The notes below the pieces were generated by a model. The model was given only the letters and a program-made list of their open reading frames with translations, ran no database searches and was not told the origin of the DNA. A stretch of 64,000 nt of DNA from a phage: NCBI GenBank assembly GCA_033580375.1, contig GCA_033580375.1_4527.1. One strand, 5' to 3'. The position numbers and the translations under genes were made by a program. Shown piece by piece: positions 55,347 through 64,000 of the stretch (the stretch's first letter is position 1; each line of letters opens with the position of its first letter).

Positions 55347-56081
55347 TTACCTTAAGATTTTTTCAATTTTAGAATAAAGCTCTTCTAACGAGCCGTCGTT
55401 TGTAATAACTAAGTCGCCTTCTTCAATAGGCAACCCAGCTTCTGTAATATGTTTATCAGTGGATTCCGTACCAGAGCGAACCACATGAATAACTGTAGCA
55501 CCCATCGCTCTAGCGGTTTCCATTTCATGGACTTGGCGTGTATCGGTCACAACGTAGTAATCGAAATCACTTCCAATATAATCCATATAGTTTAATGCAA
55601 AAAGCTTAACCCAATACATACGGTCAAATAAATTAACGACAACATCCGTACCGAGGGCTTGCATAAGACGGCGGATCGACCATGTGTCGTTGATATTATT
55701 TATAGCTTCACGCAGGGCTTCGTACGGTTTAATATCTAGATATGAATATCCACCTTCTAGTGATGATAATACGTTAACACCATTAATTGGCAGGTATTGT
55801 CGTTGTAAATAAATTAGTGTTTCTTCCATTAATTCAATAACATCCAATTTATTGAGATTTAATGGTGTTTCACGGTCGTATCCAATGCCTTCAAAGTATT
55901 CATATTTCAACTCGGTGAATACATCAGGGTTTTCGGCATGTTTACGCTCCCAAGCTATTGCTAGAGCGTCTTTAATTGGATATGCTAATTGATATTTTAT
56001 GGATTTAAAGTTTGAATTGATGTAATCAGCAGTAGTGTCTTTACCACTACGTTTGATGCCGCTTAAAAAGATTAGCTCCAT
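55347..56081 (-). CDS. 1: Deoxynucleoside monophosphate kinase gp1, 244 aa
   Basis: MELIFLSGIKRSGKDTTADYI...ARAMGATVIHVVRSGTESTDKHITEAGLPI matches T4 gp1 as recalled. Confidence 0.9.
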   Translation of the reverse strand: MELIFLSGIKRSGKDTTADYINSNFKSIKYQLAYPIKDALAIAWERKHAENPDVFTELKYEYFEGIGYDRETPLNLNKLDVIELMEETLIYLQRQYLPINGVNVLSSLEGGYSYLDIKPYEALREAINNINDTWSIRRLMQALGTDVVVNLFDRMYWVKLFALNYMDYIGSDFDYYVVTDTRQVHEMETARAMGATVIHVVRSGTESTDKHITEAGLPIEEGDLVITNDGSLEELYSKIEKILR

Positions 56082-56134
56082 AGGTTTTCCTCATATAATT
56101 TATGAACGATTATAACATATGGAGCTAGAAGCGA

Positions 56135-56719
56135 TTAACGCAAGGAAGGGTGTCTAGAAATGGATTTAGATTCGGCTGCTTGACGAGGCTGTTGAGATAC
56201 AATGACTTCACCGTCTTTTTCTATCGTCATATACGCGTAGTGAATAGTTGCTACGCACGTAACGGCAGGATCAGAATCTTCAGTGTAACTAAATTCAATT
56301 TCGCTCAAATCAGAAATCCATGGTTTATAGAAATTTGCCGTCAAAACTACTTCCGTCTTATTGTTGTTTAAAATGTGCAAAGTAACAAACTCAGGACCAT
56401 CGGCATGGGCTGTATTATGACCGGTTATATAGTTATTAGTGCTGAGCATCCATTTATACATGTTCATCCAGGACGTCATGTCTTCATCAACTATAAATCG
56501 TACAATAAAAGGGTCATATTCAAATGTAGTGCCTGCACGCATTGCACGCCCTAGCCCCATTGTGCCTGTCACAGTTTCAACAACAGGAATTCTCACACCT
56601 GGCAATGGTGCTGTTTGGGCGTTGAGCACAAAACCTGAAGTTCGTGTACTATCCGGGATATCCACAACAAAGTTTGTTATATTTGTTTGGTTAAAAATCT
56701 GTCTCGCTGGACGAGTCAT
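56135..56719 (-). CDS. 3: Tail completion / sheath stabiliser gp3, about 194 aa
   Basis: Synteny 1-3-2-4; ATG 56717-56719 (ORF track start 56725 is GTG). Confidence 0.65.
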   Translation of the reverse strand: MTRPARQIFNQTNITNFVVDIPDSTRTSGFVLNAQTAPLPGVRIPVVETVTGTMGLGRAMRAGTTFEYDPFIVRFIVDEDMTSWMNMYKWMLSTNNYITGHNTAHADGPEFVTLHILNNNKTEVVLTANFYKPWISDLSEIEFSYTEDSDPAVTCVATIHYAYMTIEKDGEVIVSQQPRQAAESKSISRHPSLR

Positions 56720-56821
56720 AAGCACCTCAAAAACGCTTTAATAAAAATGCAGTATAATGGTTTTAGGTCTCTTCCATTAATCCGGTTCAACAGAATATCA
56801 GAAGAACGGAAGAGAATAGAA

Positions 56822-57643
56822 TTAAGATTTCCAAACAGTATTCGCAGAGAAACGTTTTCCTTTTGACATAAACTGCTGAGTAGGTAACATGATTATGTTA
56901 GCCCAGTCTTTAGGAGCGATTTCTGTTATTGTTCCTCTAATGTGTCCTGGCAGGTATGCTTTAATCATTTTGTCAGCACCTTGAAATCCTTTCACTTTGC
57001 TCCAGTCTATCTTCAACTTTGTGTTATTAGTAATAGTAGTTGTGCTAGCATATTGCTTCAGCAATTCTTCAAGAAACTGTTGACGTGCTTTAGGTGGGAT
57101 ATAGTGCAAGTTTAGCCCATACATCAAATTATGTTTACCTAATCCTAAATAAATAATCAAAGGATATCTGTCCCAGTATGGCAGAGTATCTTTATGTTTA
57201 GCATCATACACATAAGTATAAATTTTACCTGGCGTAGGCTTGACTACTTTATGACCTTTTACACTTTTCTTAATTGTTTCAACAAACCACTTGGATGATT
57301 TGTTGTTTACTGCTGCGCCTTCATTTCTAATCTTTTCTCGTATTGAACTGCGAAACGAGTTTATCATCAGAAGTTGACGTTCTTGCTTATTGAGTTTATT
57401 TTTAGGTTTAGATTCAAGCGTTTCAATTTTCTGTGCAGTCTTAATAGATGATGCATATCTAGACATTGCAGATGTAAACGACGAGTATTTTATTCCTTTT
57501 GATTCAGCAAATGCTTTTGCGGTGATTCCTTTCTCTTTAGCTTTCTTGTATTCTAATCCTATCTCAATCCATTTTCTTTCATTCATAGACTGAGCAATCT
57601 TAGGGGCTTGTACGCCTTCAGATATAATTTGGAATATGCTCAT
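56822..57643 (-). CDS. 2: DNA end-protector protein gp2, 273 aa
   Basis: Synteny and size as T4 gp2. Confidence 0.7.
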   Translation of the reverse strand: MSIFQIISEGVQAPKIAQSMNERKWIEIGLEYKKAKEKGITAKAFAESKGIKYSSFTSAMSRYASSIKTAQKIETLESKPKNKLNKQERQLLMINSFRSSIREKIRNEGAAVNNKSSKWFVETIKKSVKGHKVVKPTPGKIYTYVYDAKHKDTLPYWDRYPLIIYLGLGKHNLMYGLNLHYIPPKARQQFLEELLKQYASTTTITNNTKLKIDWSKVKGFQGADKMIKAYLPGHIRGTITEIAPKDWANIIMLPTQQFMSKGKRFSANTVWKS

Positions 57644-57645
57644 AA

Positions 57646-58095
57646 TTACCCCTTGTATCCGAGTTTCCTAAGTCCGTCTTCAGTTAGAACTCGAAATTTT
57701 ATATTTCTCTTTTCTGCGACAGCAGAAGCAGCTTTCCATTTGTCACAATTCACAGACCAGGTGTATATTTCATTCATATAACGTTTCTTTGCTGCGGTCG
57801 TAAGATTTGCAGGCTTAATAGGTGGCTGAGTTTCTTTCTTTGGTTTTATTTCTACAAAGAACTCTTGACCTGATGCATCTTTCATCCATATATCCATAAA
57901 GTATCGACGTTTTTTACCTTCTGCGTTACAGAAATATGGAATTACTGCTGTTTCGCTGCCCCATGCAATAATTTCTGGATTTTTATCCAACCATTCGAAA
58001 AAGAATTTTTCCCAGTTTGAACGATACGTTATTTTGGTATGGTCTCCACGGTATTTTTTTAAATTTTTTGGGACCCATTTACCAGAGTAGGCCAT
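57646..58095 (-). CDS. 4: Head completion protein gp4, 149 aa
   Basis: Synteny and size as T4 gp4; late promoter immediately upstream. Confidence 0.7.
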   Translation of the reverse strand: MAYSGKWVPKNLKKYRGDHTKITYRSNWEKFFFEWLDKNPEIIAWGSETAVIPYFCNAEGKKRRYFMDIWMKDASGQEFFVEIKPKKETQPPIKPANLTTAAKKRYMNEIYTWSVNCDKWKAASAVAEKRNIKFRVLTEDGLRKLGYKG

Positions 58096-58106
58096 GTTGT
58101 CCTCCT

Positions 58107-58114
58107 TATAAATA
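58107..58114 (+). promoter_or_regulatory. Late promoter TATAAATA for gene 53
   Basis: Exact TATAAATA about 43 nt upstream of the gene 53 start. Confidence 0.6.
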
Positions 58115-58122
58115 GTATTATT

Positions 58123-58130
58123 ATTTATAC
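58123..58130 (-). promoter_or_regulatory. Late promoter TATAAATA (minus strand) for gene 4
   Basis: Exact TATAAATA about 28 nt upstream of the gene 4 ATG; divergent with the gene 53 promoter. Confidence 0.6.
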
Positions 58131-58156
58131 CAATTTAATATTGGAAGGAGACTATC

Positions 58157-58732
58157 TTGTTATTTACATTCTTCGACCCAATAGGATATAGTGCTAAAAC
58201 CATTAATAAGAACGCACCTACTATTCCTATGACAGACATATTTCGTAATTATAAAGAGTACTTTAAACGTGTTGCGACCAACTATAGATTACAAACTTAT
58301 TATATTAAAGGTTCTCCGCGCCCAGAAGAACTAGCAAATATCATTTATGGTAATCCACAATTATACTGGGTGCTTTTGATGTGTAATGATAACTATGATC
58401 CGTATTATGGATGGATTACATCTCAGGAAGCTGCGTATCAGGCATCTATTCAGAAGTATGCAAATGCAGGTGGAGACCAAATTCTTTATCATATTAACGA
58501 AAAACGCGAGAAATTTTATAACTTAGTTTCATATCCAGATGAGCCATTAGTATGGTATGATAAAGGCGATAAAGCTCGTAAGTATCCACAATATAAAGGA
58601 CCTTTAGCTGCAGTAGATACTTATGAAGCTGCTGTACTAGATAATGAAAAACTTCGTAAAATAAAAATTGTTGCAAAAGAAGATATAAACTCGTTTATTA
58701 CTGATTTGATTCGTGAGATGGAGATTGCATAA
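58157..58732 (+). CDS. 53: Baseplate wedge protein gp53, 191 aa (TTG start)
   Basis: LFTFFDPIGYSAKT... as T4 gp53; AAGGAG SD 5 nt upstream of TTG. Confidence 0.8.
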   Translation: MLFTFFDPIGYSAKTINKNAPTIPMTDIFRNYKEYFKRVATNYRLQTYYIKGSPRPEELANIIYGNPQLYWVLLMCNDNYDPYYGWITSQEAAYQASIQKYANAGGDQILYHINEKREKFYNLVSYPDEPLVWYDKGDKARKYPQYKGPLAAVDTYEAAVLDNEKLRKIKIVAKEDINSFITDLIREMEIA

Positions 58733-60465
58733 TGGAAATGATTAGCAGTAGCCTTAATTGGTTCGTGGGTGTTGTCGAGGACAGAATGGACCCATTGAAA
58801 CAAGGGCGTGTTCGAGTACGAGTCGTAGGACTTCATCCTGCGCAGAGAGCACAAGGTGACGTACAAGGTATTCCTACCGAAAAACTTCCATGGATGACTG
58901 TTATTCAACCTATTACATCTGCATCAATGTCGGGTATTGGTGGTTCTGTTACAGGCCCTGTTGAAGGAACTCGAGTATATGGTCATTTCTTAGACAAATG
59001 GAAAACAAACGGTATTGTACTCGGTACATATGGTGGAATTGTACGCGAAAAGCCTAATAGACTCGAAGGTTTTTCCGACCCGACAGGCCAATATCCACGA
59101 CGTTTAGGTAATGATACGAACGTATTAAACCAAGGTGGTGAAGCTGGTTATTATTCGAACTCTAACGTAATTCAAGATAACAACTTAGATTATGGTATAA
59201 ACCCAGATGATACAGATTTAGCAAATATTCCAGAAGATGATGACCCTAATTTTACAATAACAGAAATGTTACGTCGTGATGAAGGTCTTCGTGATAAAGT
59301 GTATTGGGACCATCTAGGGTATCCTACAGTAGGTATTGGACACCTTATCGTAATGGAAAAGACCCGAGACATGACTCGAATTAATAAATTGTTATCCGAT
59401 CAAGTAGGGCGTGAAGTAACAGGAAATCCAGGAACTATTACATTAGAAGAAGCAACAGCTCTATTTGAGAAGGACCTTGCTAAGATGCAGAAAGACATTC
59501 GTTCTAATTCTAAAGTAGGTCCTGTTTATGCTAAAATGAACAGGTCTCGCCAAATGGCATTAGAAAACATGTGTTTCCAAATGGGCGTTGGCGGTGTAGC
59601 AAAATTCAATACTATGCTTAAAGCAATGGCCACAGGCGATTGGAAAACTGCATACAAATCTGGGCGTGATTCATTATGGTTCCAACAGACTAAAGGGCGT
59701 GCTTCACGTGTAACAACAATTATTTTAACTGGTAACATGGAATCATACGGTGTTCCTGTTAAAACATCACCTTCACCAGGAGTCGGTGCCGATTTAGTTA
59801 CTAGAAATACCGATCCAGAAGACCCGGCTGGTCCTCCTGTTCCATTAGATTCGCGTATCCTTTTTAAAGAACCTGAATCAAGTTATCGTGGTGAATACCC
59901 GTATGTTCATGCTATGGAAACAGAAAGCGGTCATATCCAAGAATTTGATGACACTCCAGGTAACGAACGTTATCGCTTAGTTCATCCAACAGGGTCATAT
60001 GAGGAAGTTTCTCCATCCGGGCGTCGTACTCGTAAAACTGTAGAAGACCTTTTTGACATCACTAATGGTGATGGGAATTTCCTGGTTTCTGGTGATAAAC
60101 TTGTTAACGTTGGTGCTAACGAAATATATTATAACATGGCGGACCGCCTCCATCAAATAGACGGCAACGACACAATCTTTATTCGCGGTAACCAAACTAA
60201 AACTGTTGAAGGTGATGGAACTCTTTACGTTAAGGGTAATATCAAAATAGTTGTTGACGGAAATGCAGATATTCTTGTTAAAGGTGATGCTAAAACTCAG
60301 GTCGAAGGGAATCATGACTATACTGTCAATGGTAATGTTAAATGGACTGTCAATGGTAATGTTGATATGACTGTTGCCGGGGATTGGGCAGAAACAATGT
60401 CTACAATGAGCTCAATAGCTTCAGGACAATATACTGTTGACGGGTCTCGTATTGATATTGGGTAA
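58732..60465 (+). CDS. 5: Baseplate hub / tail-associated lysozyme gp5, 577 aa
   Basis: MEMISSSLNWFVGVVED..., internal lysozyme domain (TEMLRRDEGLRDKVYWDHLGYPTVGIGHL) and C-terminal VxGxxxxx beta-helix repeats. Confidence 0.93.
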   Translation: MEMISSSLNWFVGVVEDRMDPLKQGRVRVRVVGLHPAQRAQGDVQGIPTEKLPWMTVIQPITSASMSGIGGSVTGPVEGTRVYGHFLDKWKTNGIVLGTYGGIVREKPNRLEGFSDPTGQYPRRLGNDTNVLNQGGEAGYYSNSNVIQDNNLDYGINPDDTDLANIPEDDDPNFTITEMLRRDEGLRDKVYWDHLGYPTVGIGHLIVMEKTRDMTRINKLLSDQVGREVTGNPGTITLEEATALFEKDLAKMQKDIRSNSKVGPVYAKMNRSRQMALENMCFQMGVGGVAKFNTMLKAMATGDWKTAYKSGRDSLWFQQTKGRASRVTTIILTGNMESYGVPVKTSPSPGVGADLVTRNTDPEDPAGPPVPLDSRILFKEPESSYRGEYPYVHAMETESGHIQEFDDTPGNERYRLVHPTGSYEEVSPSGRRTRKTVEDLFDITNGDGNFLVSGDKLVNVGANEIYYNMADRLHQIDGNDTIFIRGNQTKTVEGDGTLYVKGNIKIVVDGNADILVKGDAKTQVEGNHDYTVNGNVKWTVNGNVDMTVAGDWAETMSTMSSIASGQYTVDGSRIDIG

Positions 60466-60468
60466 TAT

Positions 60469-60984
60469 ATGGCACAAATACTTCCTTTAAATACCGACTT
60501 AGGAGAAGACATGGAAGGGGCGTCTATTGACGTCCTTTTTACTCCGCAGTTAGAAACTACCGAAACTTTGGTGTCAATAAATATAATAGATTATGAACCA
60601 ACACAAGGCATTACAGTTGACGGTAATCACTTATATGGAACATACGAAAGCGTATTTAGCTTTTCTTCAGATGCATTGAAATATCGATTAAACGATGATT
60701 TTAAAACTGCATCTTCATGGGAAGATTTACCAAAAGACCAAAGCACTCAACTATATTTGTGGAGAGCTCCTCAGAACCTCCGTAAAGTATTTAGTTATAC
60801 GGTTGAAATGATTTATAACTACCAAGAAGAAGGTTCATCAGGCGGCTCAAGAAGTGACTCTAGTATAGAACCTCCGCCAGCTCCGGTGCAAAAAACTCTT
60901 ACTAAGGTTTATACAAAAACTATAGTAGGGAATTGGAGCAAATGGGCTCAACAATTACGAAATTATGTTTATGCGAGGCCATAA
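60469..60984 (+). CDS. gp5.1-like protein, 171 aa
   Basis: Position between 5 and 5.4. Confidence 0.55.
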   Translation: MAQILPLNTDLGEDMEGASIDVLFTPQLETTETLVSINIIDYEPTQGITVDGNHLYGTYESVFSFSSDALKYRLNDDFKTASSWEDLPKDQSTQLYLWRAPQNLRKVFSYTVEMIYNYQEEGSSGGSRSDSSIEPPPAPVQKTLTKVYTKTIVGNWSKWAQQLRNYVYARP

Positions 60985-60986
60985 AA

Positions 60987-61280
60987 ATGTCTGGATTAAG
61001 TTACGACCAGTGCGTTACAACAGGTCATGAAGCATGGCCTCCTACAGTAATTAATGCTTCTCAATCTAAAGTATTCACCGGCGGTATTCCTGTTCTTGTA
61101 GCAGGAGACCAAATAACACCTCATACAGAAATTAAAAAACCGTACGAGACTCATGGTGGTGTTACTGAACCTCGTACATCTAAAGTATATGTCACCGGTA
61201 AAAAGGCCGTTCAAATGGCTGACCCAATTTCATGCGGGGACACTGTTTCTCAGGCCTCGTCAAAAGTCTTTATAAAATAG
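60987..61280 (+). CDS. 5.4: PAAR-like spike tip protein gp5.4, 97 aa
   Basis: Size and position as T4 gp5.4; start taken at MSGLSYDQ. Confidence 0.7.
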   Translation: MSGLSYDQCVTTGHEAWPPTVINASQSKVFTGGIPVLVAGDQITPHTEIKKPYETHGGVTEPRTSKVYVTGKKAVQMADPISCGDTVSQASSKVFIK

Positions 61281-61288
61281 GAATTAAA

Positions 61289-63259
61289 ATGGCAAACACT
61301 CCTGTAAATTATCAGTTAGTCAGAACGGCGAATGCTATTCCCGAAATTTTTATCGGGGGCACATTTGCCGAAATTAAAACAAATATAATCGAATGGCTCA
61401 ATGGACAGAACGAATTTCTTGATTATGATTTTGAAGGTTCGCGTTTAAACGTATTGTGTGACCTTTTAGCATATAATACTCTTTATATCCAACAGTTCAG
61501 TAATAGCGCAGTGTATGAAAGCTTTATGCGTACTGCTAACTTGCGCAGTTCCGTTGTACAAGCGGCTCAGGATAATGGATATCTGCCTGCATCTAAATCG
61601 GCAGCACAAACAGAAATTATGCTCACATGTACGGATGCATTAAATAGAAACTATATCACTATTCCACGTGGTACTCGTTTCCTGGCGTATGCTAAAGGTA
61701 CTTCTGTAAATCCATATAACTTTGTTTCCACTGAAGACGTCATTGTAGTTAAAGATAAAAATAATCAATATTTCCCACGTCTTAGGTTAGCTCAGGGACG
61801 TATTGTTCGTACTGAATTAACATTTGATAAATTAAAACCTATCATTATTCGTGATAAGAACATTGACCGTAATTTGGTTAAATTGTATGTTGACGGAGCA
61901 GAATGGATTAACTGGACTCGCAAATCGATGGTTCATGCTGGTTCTACTTCAACCATTTATTATATGCGAGAAACTGTTGACGGGAACACTGAATTTTATT
62001 TTGGTGAAGGTGAAATCTCTATTAACACGTCAGAAGGTGCTTTAACATCTAACTACATTGGCGGCCTTAAACCTGTCCAGGGTTCTAAAATCGTAATTGA
62101 ATATATTTCTACTAACGGTGCTGAAGCAAATGGTGCAGTAGGATTCTCTTATGCTGATACATTAGCTAATATCACAGTTATTGGAATTAATGAAAACCCG
62201 AGTAATAACCCTGATTTCGTTGGTGCGGATGGCGGTGGCGACCCTGAAGATATTGAACGTATCCGTGAATTAGGTACAATTAAACGTGAAACTCAACAAC
62301 GATGTGTGACTGCGACCGATTACGACACATTCGTCTCCGAACGATTTGGTTCTATTATTCAAGCGGTTCAGACATTTACGGATTCATCTAAGCCTGGGTA
62401 CGCATTTATTGCTGCTAAACCTAAGTCTGGGTTATATTTGACTTCCGTCCAACGAGATGATATTAAAAATTATCTTAATGAGTATAACTTAGGGACGATA
62501 ACTCCTGTTGTTATTTCTCCTGATTATTTGTTTATTAAAATGAATATTCGCGTTACGTATGCATTGAACAAATTACAGGAATCTGAACAATGGTTAGAAG
62601 GCCAAATTATTAATAAAATCGACCGGTATTATATTGAAGACGTGGAAATTTTTAACTCGTCATTCGCAAAATCTAAAATGCTAACGTATGTCGATGACGC
62701 AGATATTTCTATCATTGGTTCGTCTGCGACTATTCAAATGGTTCGCGAGGTACAGAACTTCTACAAAACACCTGAAACAGGTATTAAATACAATAACCAG
62801 ATTAAAGATAGAACATTAGAATCTAACGTGTTTTCATTTGATAGTTTACGCGTTGACCCTGAAACGGAAGCTACCATTAAATACGATGTTCGCATTGTAG
62901 GTTCAGATAGAAATGACCGTGGCATTGGACAAGTTATCATTGGCCCGTTTGCAGATGGCGACGTTATGGAAAATGCTTATATTCAACCATATACTGGTGA
63001 CGATTTTAATAAACTTCATGTTACGGACGGAAGAAACAAATATTACTCTATAGGTGAAGTAAATTATCCGGCTGATTCAATTTATTGGAATATAGCTAAA
63101 ATTGATTTAACATCTGATAGGTTTGAAGTTCAAACTATTGAACTCTATTCAGACCCAGCTGATGATGTTATCTTTACTAAAGACGGGTCATTAATTGTAT
63201 TTGAAAATGACTTACGTCCACAATATTTAACCATAGATTTGGAGCCTATTTCACAATGA
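61289..63259 (+). CDS. 6: Baseplate wedge protein gp6, 656 aa
   Basis: MANTPVNYQLVRTANAIPEIFIGGTFAEIK... as T4 gp6; ORF track start 61232 is an extension. Confidence 0.9.
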   Translation: MANTPVNYQLVRTANAIPEIFIGGTFAEIKTNIIEWLNGQNEFLDYDFEGSRLNVLCDLLAYNTLYIQQFSNSAVYESFMRTANLRSSVVQAAQDNGYLPASKSAAQTEIMLTCTDALNRNYITIPRGTRFLAYAKGTSVNPYNFVSTEDVIVVKDKNNQYFPRLRLAQGRIVRTELTFDKLKPIIIRDKNIDRNLVKLYVDGAEWINWTRKSMVHAGSTSTIYYMRETVDGNTEFYFGEGEISINTSEGALTSNYIGGLKPVQGSKIVIEYISTNGAEANGAVGFSYADTLANITVIGINENPSNNPDFVGADGGGDPEDIERIRELGTIKRETQQRCVTATDYDTFVSERFGSIIQAVQTFTDSSKPGYAFIAAKPKSGLYLTSVQRDDIKNYLNEYNLGTITPVVISPDYLFIKMNIRVTYALNKLQESEQWLEGQIINKIDRYYIEDVEIFNSSFAKSKMLTYVDDADISIIGSSATIQMVREVQNFYKTPETGIKYNNQIKDRTLESNVFSFDSLRVDPETEATIKYDVRIVGSDRNDRGIGQVIIGPFADGDVMENAYIQPYTGDDFNKLHVTDGRNKYYSIGEVNYPADSIYWNIAKIDLTSDRFEVQTIELYSDPADDVIFTKDGSLIVFENDLRPQYLTIDLEPISQ

Positions 63260-64000
63260 CAGTAAAAGCGCCAGCAGTCACGAGTCTCAGATTATCTAAA
63301 TTGTCCGCAAACCAAGTTCAAATTCGCTGGGACGAGGTTGGCGCTAATTTCTACTATTTTGTAGAAATAGCTGAGACCAAAACAGCTAATGGGGAAGCAA
63401 TTCCCCGTAATAGCTATAGATGGACTAATTTAGGATATACCGCTGATAACAATTTCTTTGAGTCTGGTTTAAATTCATTAACAACATATATGATGCGTGT
63501 GGCTACAGCAGCGGAGGGATTTGAGCAGTCTGATTGGAGATACACCGAAGAGTTTGAAACATTTGAAATAAACGCTTACACATTCCAACATATGATTGAA
63601 ATGCAATTAGCTAACGAGTTTATTTCTGAAAAATTTACAAAAAATAATACAAACTACGTTGATTTTAATAATGACACGATCATGGCAGCACTGATGAGCG
63701 AGTCGTTCCAATTTAGTCCTGCATACACCGATGTGTCATCGATTAGAAATTTTATAATTGGTGAAAATCAGTATCATGAAATCCAGGGGCATATCCAGGA
63801 TGTATGTAAAGATATAAATCGAGTATATCTAATGGAATCTGAAGGAATTCTTTACCTTTTTGAAAGATTCCAACCTATTGTAAAAGTGTCTAATGATAAA
63901 GGCCAAACATGGAAAGCGGTTAAATTGCTTAATGACCGTGTAGGATATCCACTTTCACGAACCGTATATTACCAATCAGAATATACGACGTATTTGCTCG
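63256..64000 (+). CDS. 7: Baseplate wedge protein gp7, N-terminal part (runs off window end)
   Basis: MTVKAPAVTSLRLSKLSANQVQIRWDEVGANFYYFVEIA...; ATGA overlap with gp6 stop. Confidence 0.8.
   Translation, partial: MTVKAPAVTSLRLSKLSANQVQIRWDEVGANFYYFVEIAETKTANGEAIPRNSYRWTNLGYTADNNFFESGLNSLTTYMMRVATAAEGFEQSDWRYTEEFETFEINAYTFQHMIEMQLANEFISEKFTKNNTNYVDFNNDTIMAALMSESFQFSPAYTDVSSIRNFIIGENQYHEIQGHIQDVCKDINRVYLMESEGILYLFERFQPIVKVSNDKGQTWKAVKLLNDRVGYPLSRTVYYQSEYTTYLL

Overview
This window is a segment of a T4-like (Tevenvirinae) myovirus genome. The 903-aa DNA polymerase matches what I recall of the phage RB69 gp43 sequence, so the source is RB69 or a close Mosigvirus relative; this is from memory, not a database search. 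Almost everything from 1 to 58,100 is on the minus strand in T4 order: 41(partial)-40-uvsX-[beta-gt locus]-42-[insert]-43-regA-62-44-45-rpbA-46-47-55-nrdH-nrdG-nrdD-49-nrdC-[variable early region]-tk-regB-ipII-ipIII-denV-e-nudE-[variable region]-tRNAs-57B-57A-1-3-2-4. The late baseplate genes 53-5-5.1-5.4-6-7(partial) then follow on the plus strand. I call about 120 protein-coding genes, two tRNAs (Arg-UCU and Met/Ile-CAU), about 20 T4-type early promoters (GTTTAC -35, TAnnnT -10, often inside a stem-loop), two candidate MotA-type middle promoters, three late TATAAATA promoters and several intrinsic terminators. The most interesting candidate is a four-gene block between the dCMP hydroxymethylase gene (42) and gene 43, sitting where T4 has imm. 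It encodes a SIS-domain arabinose-5-phosphate isomerase-like protein, a HAD phosphatase, a fused sugar-1-phosphate nucleotidyltransferase/APH-like kinase and a 386-aa unknown protein. No T4 alpha-gt or beta-gt homologue was recognised at their usual loci. I infer that this block makes an NDP-pentose donor for a non-glucose hmC sugar modification; arabinosyl-hmC has been reported for RB69, but linking it to this locus is my inference. Other notable items are a seven-member family of capsid-targeting-sequence (MKTYxEF) internal proteins, a duplicated denV 5-prime remnant with its promoter, a tandem triplet of small proteins ending in GWVSSSxxC, and a Pol-beta NTase-like/AAA ATPase pair. Start codons of many small ORFs are uncertain because the ORF track accepts TTG/GTG starts; I corrected starts where I could read an ATG with a Shine-Dalgarno.
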